IMG/VR virus record: IMGVR_UViG_3300035208_003115
From: a virus
Taxonomy: Duplodnaviria; Caudoviricetes
DNA length: 64,000 nt
Strand: one strand, 5' to 3'
A program made the translations under genes and the position numbers. The notes under the pieces are model-generated. The model saw only the letters and a program-made list of their open reading frames with translations, did no database searches and had not been told where the DNA came from. Of the stretch, positions 20,036-29,600 are shown in pieces. Every line of letters begins with the position of its first letter. Position 1 is the stretch's first letter.

Positions 20036-23000
20036 TTATAATCCTGTCCATCTTAGATAAGAGAAGTAATCAATGAATTTCTCGTCGAGTCGGAGGGCAC
20101 CCTGCTGAAGAGGGTCTAGGCCTATATTAATTGTAGCACGCTTTTCTGGAATAGGAACGTCTTCGTACCATCCAGATGCGATTACTTCTACGTCTCCCGG
20201 CGTGATTACCCGAAGATTATCCTGAGTATGATGATCTAAATCTGCATTGAAGTATAGATACGTTCCAGAGGGAGTAGGGAGTGACCCTACCGGATGAGTT
20301 GGGGCATAAGTATCAAATGTAGTTCTAAGTCCTGCGGCATAATTAAGCATAGTCAGGTTAGAAGCAACAACAACTAACTTACCGAAGTCAGTCGGACTGT
20401 CATACTCGTCTACTTCATATGCCAAAAAGTTAGCGTGTCCCGAGTGAGCGGCGATGGGCCATACTGATGTCCCGTCAACTTTGAGTGAAGTGATGTCGAT
20501 ATTATGCGCGCTATCGCTAATCCCATCACCCAGATCAGAGAAATATCCCTGGCCTCCTATCGCCGTTCTAAAGTATCCATCATCTGAGCTATAGACCCAT
20601 CCAGAAGCGAGAGGTAGGGCTACATTATAGGAATCAGATGGACTCATAAATAGAATCTTAACTTCGTAGTCTCCGTATCCCGAAATATCCGGGTTAACAG
20701 AGTATAACAGCATGTCATCGAAAGATGTTCCAAGAGTTTTATTAGGGAAGAATGCAGACATAGCCCCAGACAAGGTCATCGCCCAACCCGTTAAAGAGTG
20801 TGATTCCCATGCCGGGCCGGTTGAAACTACCCATCCTCCGCCGATTGGGCGAATTGCGTTGTTAAATACAATTGCTTCTTGGTATGCCGTCGGTCCCCAG
20901 GGGGCATTTGCGTGTTGAGCCCAGTCGGTTCCGTCAAATGACCAAACCTCAGATGAACCGATAAGACCAGAGGAATCAATCTTATTAACTCCGCCTATTA
21001 CCCATAGCCTGTCTCTGTATACGACAGTAGCGAATCCAACCGACATGTCAAATGGTAATGTTCCCCAGCTTGTCCAGCTAATGCCGTCGTCTGAGTACCA
21101 CATATCATGGAGAGGAGCGCTGACACTTGCCATAGGATCTGCGGTATATGGGGCAAACGGAATAGCACTTTGATTTCCTGCGATAACCCATATCTTGTTC
21201 TGGAATGCAGTTATCCCACCCTGGACACGTGGACCCCATGGGCAAACGGATGCCGTCCAGTTTGTCCCATCTGTTGTCCTCCAAACGGCCGACTGGTTAC
21301 AGCCTCCTAGATCAAACAGTGTTTCGTTGGGTTCTCCTGGATGAAGAACAACCATACTGTTATAGGCAAGACCTGCATCAAAATATCCCTGGGGGCCATA
21401 GCCGACTGAGTTATCTTCGTTAATCCCCGCCCAGGTTCTCGACCACCTGCTACCATCTAGAGTTCTCCAGAGACCCGCCCAGGTCCTGGCATAAGTATAC
21501 CCCTTGAAACTGGCCGTTTGCTGATTGCTTCCATAGCGTTTCATCATGACTAGAGGGTGGCCATCATTAATATTAAATGGGGTTGCAGAGGAAGCAGAAT
21601 CTATATAGACCGGAAGTTCTGATATCCAGTTAGTCCCGTCTAAGGTTGAAGCCCTTCGGATATAGAGACTTGTTCTATCTGCTGCATTGACGATTTGTTC
21701 AACGGCCCAAAGTTTAGGAGTAGTTCCTGCCTTTGTTACATAGTAACCGACTTCATCTCCCCAGTAGAAGTCTACGATGGGGGCCGGGCGAGGAATCGAA
21801 TATGAATCCCAGTCTGTGGCATGGAAATCAAAAGCCCAATTTATACCTATCCCAGACGGATTAGCATAGAAATCACTAGGCCCCGAGATATATCCTGAAG
21901 CACTTATAACGTCAAGATCAATGGGGCTAGAATATGTTGCAATGGCCGTTCCATCAAACTGAGTTAAAACGGGAGTTCCATTTGGAGAAACTGTTCCTTC
22001 GTTTCCTGCTGCTAAGCGGAAATATATCTCTGCTCCTATGACAGGAAGACCATCTTCGTCTAGTAGTGTTCCCAAAAGTAGGGACTGGGAACCCCCAATC
22101 GGGAGGGTATTCGGGATTGCTTCTAACGAGAAGCTGTCATCATTTAGGACTTGCTTTTTATCGCTGATCCAAATGAATCCGTCATAACCCATTCCATGTA
22201 GGGGGTTGAAGTCCCACGGAAGTCTATGCCACTCTGATGCTGGAGTGCCTTCATATCTGATCGTAAGGCCTGAGTGGTCATGATTAATGGTAACAAGACC
22301 GCTCGTGTCAACGGTAAACTCAAATTGAGGGCTTGTGTCTAGGTCTGCAACATGTAGCCACTCAACTCCGGACGGAGCGACTACTCCATCTTGATCATAG
22401 AGAAAGTATGGGCTACTGAATGTTGGGTTTAGAAGCTGATATGAAACTTCACCAGAAGGAATTGTTTCGACTATCTCAGTAGAAAATAGATAATCTCTAT
22501 CGTCGTGAATATAGAAATTACCAGTGTGGATATCAGGTGACCATATATCCCCTGAGACAGGAACGATTCTAACAAGCAAGTCTTGAGAGTTGGGGTCAGA
22601 GACTCCGGACTGATAATAGATCCTGTCCACTCCCGAAGTCACTGAAGAGTAGAAGTCAGGAACTACATTTGTATTATTCGCGCCACCGTCAAATGGAGCT
22701 AAGTCCCAAATGAATGCAGAGGGGTCAGTTTCCCCAGAACCCCACAGAATGGGGAACGTTTCTAGTATCTCTCGAGTATAATCTACAAATCTTTCTGAGG
22801 CGATATTAGAACTTGGATCTACAACCGAACTATAGAAGGTCGGATCAAACAAAGGATTAATTTTAGCTATACCCGAAACAGTAGATGGATACTCTCCAGA
22901 AACATATATAGGATATCCGTCGTAGAACTCTCCATCATCGAATAGATTAGTTGGATATCCACTCTGGGGAAGCCATCCATAATAGTCGAGGGATGTTTCT

Positions 23001-24136
23001 CTGCTGACTCCGTTAATTAAACCTTGGATAGTTGAATTAGAACGGAATTTAAACACCGTAAGAAGACGGTCTTTATAATCTTGGTTGGATTCCCCGATAA
23101 GGCGAGGAGTATCAAATCTTAGTCCATATTCATCAAAATAGTTCCATACAGCTAGTGGCTCTCCAGAATATGCAACACCATCGATTATGGTTGTAGTATA
23201 TCCCTCATTTGTATAGAAGTATTTTTTATCATAGTCGAAGATGCCATAGTCGAAGTCAAGCTTGAACTTAACGACATCAACTAGGGACTGAGTATAGAAG
23301 TATCGATGATCGATATCTGTCGCTAACCCCGATATAAGCGGGTCGGCATAGACGACTTCATCAAACAGAGGGAGGACTCTAACATATTCGGTGTTCCCAC
23401 TCCAGTCGGCTTCTGTGTTTTCTTTTATAGGAATTCGGACATCGTAGACTCTAAAGGTTTCGCCAATTAGAGTGACGAGATAGTCTCCGTTTAGGCAGTA
23501 ACCTTGAATTAGACCTGATACTAGGGAGCCAGCAGAATCTAAAAGACTGACCTTACTAATGGGTTCGAAGTTCTGCGGTTGCGCATATGGGAGCTCCATG
23601 TCTCCGATTACGAAGAACTTCTCCATCTTGACTTCATCCGCCTCTTGGTATAGACGAATATAGGATGTCTTTTCTTCCTTCCACATATCTACATGCGGGA
23701 GATCGTAGGGAATATTTTCATCTACAGCGTTAAATGAAACTCCACTTGGGAGCCCGGCAGCTTGAACCCCTATCGCTGTTATCCGTGTTGGGGGGACAAG
23801 ATAGGTCATCTGGTCTAAATCTTCTACGATAGAGATAGGATTGGCGTCTCCAGTCGCAGTATGAACAACGTCTTCACTTAGTTCAATCTTTCTTGGAAGG
23901 CGAACACGTTGAATTTCACTTACTACGTTAATGTCGCAAGTGCTTAAGGCCATAACTCCAGAGGCAGTAGCATAGCTTCGTTGAACAATATCAAACTCGC
24001 GACCAATAGGCGCAAGTAACTGTTGCCCGACTGAACTTCGCTCAATCCGGAGTTTAGTCCAGCTTGGGTAATAGTTCGCCAGAGATTGTGTATTGAATGA
24101 ATAGTACTTGTCAACTACGCCGGAGGCATGGTCCAT
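20036..24136 (-). CDS. Large baseplate wedge-like protein with Ig-like and Kelch/BNR beta-propeller modules
   Basis: FDEYGLRFDTPRLIGESNQDYKDRL wedge-type motif; Ig-like segment (LLDEDGLPVIG...TQFDGTAIATY); Asp-box repeats and WVIGG Kelch motifs; directly follows baseplate J. Confidence 0.65.
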   Translation of the reverse strand: MDHASGVVDKYYSFNTQSLANYYPSWTKLRIERSSVGQQLLAPIGREFDIVQRSYATASGVMALSTCDINVVSEIQRVRLPRKIELSEDVVHTATGDANPISIVEDLDQMTYLVPPTRITAIGVQAAGLPSGVSFNAVDENIPYDLPHVDMWKEEKTSYIRLYQEADEVKMEKFFVIGDMELPYAQPQNFEPISKVSLLDSAGSLVSGLIQGYCLNGDYLVTLIGETFRVYDVRIPIKENTEADWSGNTEYVRVLPLFDEVVYADPLISGLATDIDHRYFYTQSLVDVVKFKLDFDYGIFDYDKKYFYTNEGYTTTIIDGVAYSGEPLAVWNYFDEYGLRFDTPRLIGESNQDYKDRLLTVFKFRSNSTIQGLINGVSRETSLDYYGWLPQSGYPTNLFDDGEFYDGYPIYVSGEYPSTVSGIAKINPLFDPTFYSSVVDPSSNIASERFVDYTREILETFPILWGSGETDPSAFIWDLAPFDGGANNTNVVPDFYSSVTSGVDRIYYQSGVSDPNSQDLLVRIVPVSGDIWSPDIHTGNFYIHDDRDYLFSTEIVETIPSGEVSYQLLNPTFSSPYFLYDQDGVVAPSGVEWLHVADLDTSPQFEFTVDTSGLVTINHDHSGLTIRYEGTPASEWHRLPWDFNPLHGMGYDGFIWISDKKQVLNDDSFSLEAIPNTLPIGGSQSLLLGTLLDEDGLPVIGAEIYFRLAAGNEGTVSPNGTPVLTQFDGTAIATYSSPIDLDVISASGYISGPSDFYANPSGIGINWAFDFHATDWDSYSIPRPAPIVDFYWGDEVGYYVTKAGTTPKLWAVEQIVNAADRTSLYIRRASTLDGTNWISELPVYIDSASSATPFNINDGHPLVMMKRYGSNQQTASFKGYTYARTWAGLWRTLDGSRWSRTWAGINEDNSVGYGPQGYFDAGLAYNSMVVLHPGEPNETLFDLGGCNQSAVWRTTDGTNWTASVCPWGPRVQGGITAFQNKIWVIAGNQSAIPFAPYTADPMASVSAPLHDMWYSDDGISWTSWGTLPFDMSVGFATVVYRDRLWVIGGVNKIDSSGLIGSSEVWSFDGTDWAQHANAPWGPTAYQEAIVFNNAIRPIGGGWVVSTGPAWESHSLTGWAMTLSGAMSAFFPNKTLGTSFDDMLLYSVNPDISGYGDYEVKILFMSPSDSYNVALPLASGWVYSSDDGYFRTAIGGQGYFSDLGDGISDSAHNIDITSLKVDGTSVWPIAAHSGHANFLAYEVDEYDSPTDFGKLVVVASNLTMLNYAAGLRTTFDTYAPTHPVGSLPTPSGTYLYFNADLDHHTQDNLRVITPGDVEVIASGWYEDVPIPEKRATINIGLDPLQQGALRLDEKFIDYFSYLRWTGL

Positions 24137-24138
24137 TG

Positions 24139-25368
24139 TTAGTTATACTCGATAACGATTGGGGTAAAGTCTATGTCGTGTTCATATCCCTGCATATTCT
24201 GCTCTACAAGATGCTTGTCATCAAAGAAGGCAGTATAGTTATAAGAGAGAGGCTCGCGGACCCTGTTTGTTATAAGAACCCCATCAACGATATCTGCAGT
24301 TGTTGGAGACCATATATAAACGGCCAGCTTATCTGCTGAGGTGTCTTCGTCTTCGACATCAAGAATTTCATTAGACACATCCATGATTCTTTGAATTAGT
24401 TCATTTCGTACAAAGCCTTCTCCCATTGGGATATTATTAACATAGTCGTATATTGCATCCTCAACTTGCTCAACTATAGCAGGCTTATCTAGCTCTGTGG
24501 TTGTTGGTCGGAATAGAATCTTTGCGTATGCCTCTATCCCGATATATCTTGGAGATCTTACTGTGCAGAACTCTCCTGCCGCGGTAACAGAGGAGACAGA
24601 GTTGAAGACGTTCTGGAGTATTGCTTCAGAAATGATGGGAGTAGAGCCGACTACGATAAGTCCATATGTCCCGATCCCGTGCATATAAGGTATCGGTAGA
24701 ACATCAGAGACCCCAGCAACAGATAGGGCTGCAAGACGGATAGAGGTTATGTTAGCAGCTTCTGCCGCTGTTACTGCCTTAGATAGAATGTATCTATATT
24801 CTTCGTCTGTCTGAACATCGCTTCCGTTATCGATTGCCTCTATGTTGGTTGTTAATAGGCCGGGGACATCGAGTCCATGGGCCACCAAGATATTGGGTCC
24901 CACATTAGAATCAGAGCCCGGGACAATCGCTTCGACTGATCCGATAGCGCTTACATCTCCATTGTTAAATGCTATATCAGAAGCTACGCGATATTGAATG
25001 ATTCCATCTTCTGATTGGACTAGCGTTCCGGTTGGGATTGGGTTAGTAATGCCGGGTAGAAGATCGAGAGATCTGGATGAACAATAGAATTTCTGAACAT
25101 TAGCCCGAGTTCCTAAAACAGATCCACCGCGGGGGACGTTAAGAAGAACCCCCATAAGATCCAGGCCATCGCCTGTTGCTGAACTTAGATATGACTGAGC
25201 GAGAGTAGAGTTTAATAGTTCGTTATTTTGAGAGAGCTTGGCATTAACAGCCCGGAGAATAGATTGGGTCAAGGTTCCGGCCGAGACCCTAGTTAGAGCG
25301 GAGTTAGCTCTAAGCATTGCCAGTGTTTCTAGGTTCATCAAGTCTACTGGCTTATTGACGATGGACAT
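24139..25368 (-). CDS. Baseplate J-like wedge protein
   Basis: SATGDGLDLMG, IPTGTLVQS, EAIVPGSDSN, GSDVQTDEEYR and SVAGVSDV motifs typical of the baseplate J/gp47/XkdT family. Confidence 0.85.
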   Translation of the reverse strand: MSIVNKPVDLMNLETLAMLRANSALTRVSAGTLTQSILRAVNAKLSQNNELLNSTLAQSYLSSATGDGLDLMGVLLNVPRGGSVLGTRANVQKFYCSSRSLDLLPGITNPIPTGTLVQSEDGIIQYRVASDIAFNNGDVSAIGSVEAIVPGSDSNVGPNILVAHGLDVPGLLTTNIEAIDNGSDVQTDEEYRYILSKAVTAAEAANITSIRLAALSVAGVSDVLPIPYMHGIGTYGLIVVGSTPIISEAILQNVFNSVSSVTAAGEFCTVRSPRYIGIEAYAKILFRPTTTELDKPAIVEQVEDAIYDYVNNIPMGEGFVRNELIQRIMDVSNEILDVEDEDTSADKLAVYIWSPTTADIVDGVLITNRVREPLSYNYTAFFDDKHLVEQNMQGYEHDIDFTPIVIEYN

Positions 25369-25369
25369 A

Positions 25370-25786
25370 TTAAGACTCCTCTACCTGCAGGCCTTTTGTA
25401 TAGTTGAAATCGAATACCATTTGTGTGGCTTCTATCCCTACATCATTCTGAAGGGTAAGATAAGCGACGATGGTATCGATAGCGATTGGGATGACTCGAA
25501 GATCTATATCTTCCTTGGAAAAATACCCGTTCTGGGTCAAGGCTCTCAGTATCTCTGCTCTAACTAAACTTGCATTTTGCCGCGTGTTTGGTTCACCGAT
25601 AAAGGTATACAACCGGGATCCTATGGAGGGAAACGCTTCAAAATCGCCAAGGATTGTATATGTATTTAGAATTATATCCTGGCGTGTAGTTTGGTCAATA
25701 GAGGCTAGGGCCAAATCTCCACCGGAAGAAACCACTAGATCCCCATCATCCGACATCTGGATGTCTTGTCGGGTGTACGAAGCCAT
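25370..25786 (-). CDS. gp25/XkdS-like baseplate wedge (sheath initiator)
   Basis: DGDLVVSSGGDLAL...GDFEAFPSIGSRL...IGEPN; size and position immediately before baseplate J. Confidence 0.75.
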   Translation of the reverse strand: MASYTRQDIQMSDDGDLVVSSGGDLALASIDQTTRQDIILNTYTILGDFEAFPSIGSRLYTFIGEPNTRQNASLVRAEILRALTQNGYFSKEDIDLRVIPIAIDTIVAYLTLQNDVGIEATQMVFDFNYTKGLQVEES

Positions 25787-25802
25787 GATATTCTCCTCTT
25801 AG

Positions 25803-25814
25803 ATTATAACGAGT
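25803..25814 (-). promoter_or_regulatory. Candidate promoter motif ACTCGTTATAAT
   Basis: Contains TATAAT, is intergenic, and matches 8853..8864. Confidence 0.4.
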
Positions 25815-25815
25815 A

Positions 25816-26625
25816 TTAGACTGATTTTATCTGATTCATGTACTTAGTTATATTCCCTAGAAGTTTGGTTCCCGGGGGAGACCAGATTAGGGTGGGAATT
25901 GGCGTTACCGCCGTAGAAGGTATCTGGAACATAAGCATTGGGTTCAAGTGCCAGGCTCCCATTACCCTGACATCCTGTATTTGTGAGGTTATATTAACTT
26001 TACCAGCTATAGAAACGCCATTTTGAGCACTAACTTCAACGCCATTGTTATGGTCGGCTACTAGTCTTACCTCATCTTCGCCAATATAAACGTGCGCAAC
26101 CGGATCATCAATTAGGAGAGTCGGGTCATCTGTTGTGACCTTATTATCTCCAATGAACTCTCTTGGGACAGGCCGGGGTGGCTTAACTGTTATAGACTGA
26201 CCCTGAGGATGTTTCCGAAGGTTAATTCCTGCAGTTAGAGACTTAGCCTCTTTTACAATTTTACCATCAACAGGAGTGGATTTCTTTGTTCCTGATGATC
26301 CAAAAATAGCCGAAGAGATTCCATATTCTATATTCGGGACCGGGGTTGCCTTGGGTATCAGCTCTACACAAATTGGACTCTTGGGATCACCATGAAGTAA
26401 CCCAATATATGAGCCAGCGTTAATGGGATAATGGAGTCCAGGAGTTGGCTTAAGCCGAGCCTCAAACGTTTCATTGCCCTTTGTCGCTCCGGCCTGCATG
26501 CGACAAATAGCTCTCGTCTGATCGGGACTTATACTGTCAATATATACGGTCGTCCCTCTAAAGGAACGTTCCATCTCCGTGCGAGCGATATCTTGAGTTG
26601 CTTTAAGCGTAGTCTTATTTATCAT
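25816..26625 (-). CDS. Putative baseplate spike (gpV/gp5-like)
   Basis: Position between hub and gp25-like gene; OB-fold-like N-terminus, short beta repeats at the C-terminus. Confidence 0.5.
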   Translation of the reverse strand: MINKTTLKATQDIARTEMERSFRGTTVYIDSISPDQTRAICRMQAGATKGNETFEARLKPTPGLHYPINAGSYIGLLHGDPKSPICVELIPKATPVPNIEYGISSAIFGSSGTKKSTPVDGKIVKEAKSLTAGINLRKHPQGQSITVKPPRPVPREFIGDNKVTTDDPTLLIDDPVAHVYIGEDEVRLVADHNNGVEVSAQNGVSIAGKVNITSQIQDVRVMGAWHLNPMLMFQIPSTAVTPIPTLIWSPPGTKLLGNITKYMNQIKSV

Positions 26626-29600
26626 AAATTCATTCCTGTAATGCTAGAATAGAACTCTTCTAGAGCTCCAGCTACTGTGTTAACGGACCCAGAGAGTCTT
26701 CTCCACTCACCGGCCATATTCTCCCATATCCCCCCGCGATGCGTAATGCCATCCAGACCAGCGTGGAAGGGCTTACCCATTAGAGAAAGTGGAGTAATCC
26801 GAAGTGGGCAGGCATAGTTGGGATCATCAATTCCTGCGAACATTTGGTAATAGGCAATAGGGCCTCCTACTGCCAAGGTTTTCATCATATTTAGGAATGA
26901 TACCTTTGTAAGAGCGGCCCAGGATTCTTTATTAATTAGAACCTTGGCAGCTCCCTTCGAACCATTGGCGACCATTCCGCCTGTTACTCCAGCTGTTGCT
27001 GCAAAGTTTCCCTTGGCTATCATCCAGTCTATTTCTGCTTCAAGACTTGATCCGGGTTTGGCTCTCATAATATTTTTGAGGGCGGCATTAACTTCCATCC
27101 CATTAGCCTCTGTTAGCTTAGATATCTGAGGGATAGATGCGTCCTTGAGGGAACGCGCTTTGTTGATTTCGGTAATGATTTTATATTTTGCATTATCTAT
27201 CTTTTTATCTGCCATAAACTTGAGAGTTCTACTACTAACCGCTTCTTTGGTGGCAACATCAAAAGTCTTGGCGATTGATTTATACTTACTGCCTACGAAT
27301 TTATACAGTTGGTTGCCAAGCGTCTTTCCCTTTTTAAACGCTTGGGCCGCAGCTTTATTAACAGCTTGTTTTGATAGAATAGAGGCCCCTGCTTGACCTC
27401 CTTTTGCGAGAGCCCCTGCTTGACCTATTCCTGGGACAACTAGAAGTGCCAACATAGCGACATCAAAGACCTCTTTAATAAGAGAGGCTGGACCCATTCC
27501 TTGACTGAGGATATCCAAATAAGCGTGTGGTTCGATGATGCTGACAAATCCGTTTTCGGCTGACATGACATGCGTTACAGATTTAACCTCTATGGGGCCG
27601 TACATCTTAGTATAATCATCGTGGATATAGATGACATCATATGGCTTAATCTCTGGATTCCCTAGGAGAACTAGGCGTCCTCCGTACATGTTTCTGACGC
27701 CTTCAGCGAGTATAGAGGTGGCATAATTTCTCGCCTGCTTGACCGTCTTAGCATTTTCAACCGGGATAGTGAGTTCGCGAGTAACCCTATCGTCTAGGGT
27801 TTCCCCTGCCTGTATTTGGAACTCATTATTCAGTTTATCTCCGAAGATAAGTTGAGGAAGGAATGGAGTATAGTAGTCCATAAAGTCATGGCGCTTATAC
27901 TTAACCTTGACCTGATTCCACATTCCTGTAAAGTTAGAACAAATCTTGTTATCAACGATATGCTCGTATCCGGAGGCAATATGGTAGTTTCTAAATCTCT
28001 TTTCAATGGGGCTATGACCGAATTCAGCTAGAACCTTCTGAAATTCCCCGCTGATATCAACGAGATTCTGTAATAAAATATTCCTAAAGACGGTGTGTGT
28101 CTTGAGGTCTGTCCTAAAGATGGGTCCAGAGAAAGAGATGCTACCATTATCTAGTTTCTTAATGGTGATTTCTCCTACCCGGTGATTAACATAAAAGTTA
28201 AACGGAATATGACCCTCGAAGCTAATCGAGTTTTTATTCTTTGTCTCGTCAGTAATCTGATTTAAATCCATCGGATTTCGACTAGATGTCGAGGTTGTTT
28301 TCTTGTCTCCTCCCGGAAGAAAGGTTCCCAATAGGAGTTGCCATATACTCGATAATTTGAACCAGCAGATAACAGCTAGAGGAGATTCAATTCCATACTT
28401 TTTGTATATCTTCTTCATTGGGCCGAGAAGACTTTTATCAAAGTCGGCCTGGTCCCCGATGAAAGGGATGTCCGTGGCTAGATTCTTTAGTTCTTCTTTA
28501 ACTTTTTTCTCATCTAGAATTAGGTCATACCTAGATAGAACGCCTTGAAGATTATCAAATAGGGCGACGTCCTTTTGGTCTATCCCCGTTGTCTGAATTT
28601 TCGCCCGAGATAGAGTGGCGTATACAGTTTGAACGTCAGTATCTCTATAGAAATCAAGGAGAGGGATAGTTCTTCCGCTAAGAGATTTAAGAATTGAGCT
28701 ACGAACAACTGGGTCGAGGTGATCTAGCATCTCTGATTTTAGTGGATCCGATGGCTGACTCTTAATAAGCTCTTTAGCTAAGCGTGCAATTTCTGCTTCG
28801 TATGGGTCGGTTTCTTTCTTGGCATAGATGGGGCCAGGACTTTCTTCTTTAGAATTAAGGCCGAAGTCGCGAGTGTCTGATTTTCTCTCGCTCTTTTGAG
28901 GTTCTTCTGTTCCTAGCTGGAACTGGATATTGCCAGTTGAACCATCTGAACCGATTGTGTTTAGGACATCAACAACTTTACAGTAGTCCATTAGCAGGCT
29001 CATGGTTCTGCCTTTGGCTCCCTCGGCGTGGTTCGCACGCCATTTAGCGAAGGCTTGATCAATCCGATCTTTGACCTTCATCCACTGGAGATAATTAAAC
29101 TCGGGTTTTTTGGCCTCTGGAGTTGCATCGTTGGCCATTTCCTCTTGAAACTTTTCTCTAACACTTTTGTTTGAATTCGGAGCTTTCTTATTGAGGCTTC
29201 TCCAACCTCCTCCTAAATCTGGAATTAGGTCGAGAGACAACTTCATATATTGTCTTGTGACTCCCAGATCCTGGGTATATTTATACCAGTCATCTGGACG
29301 GCCAAAGAAGACCGTTTCTCTGTCATCATACGGGACAACCTGGCAGATATAGCCGGGGTGAGCAGCCGCGATATCTTGAAGAGCATCCCACTTGGTCATG
29401 TTGTCAGCGTTATATGACTGTAGTAATCTCCATGTCCCGGGCTCTAATTCCTGATCGATATAAATGTTATCGTCAAAGGCTGGACCATCTATAAAGTCGG
29501 TGACCGTAGATGGAAGAATAGAGGCCTGGACAAGTCTGCCCAGATGTTTGACCTTAGAGTCTAGAAGCATCCACCAAATGAATGCTTTAGGAGGGCAAAT

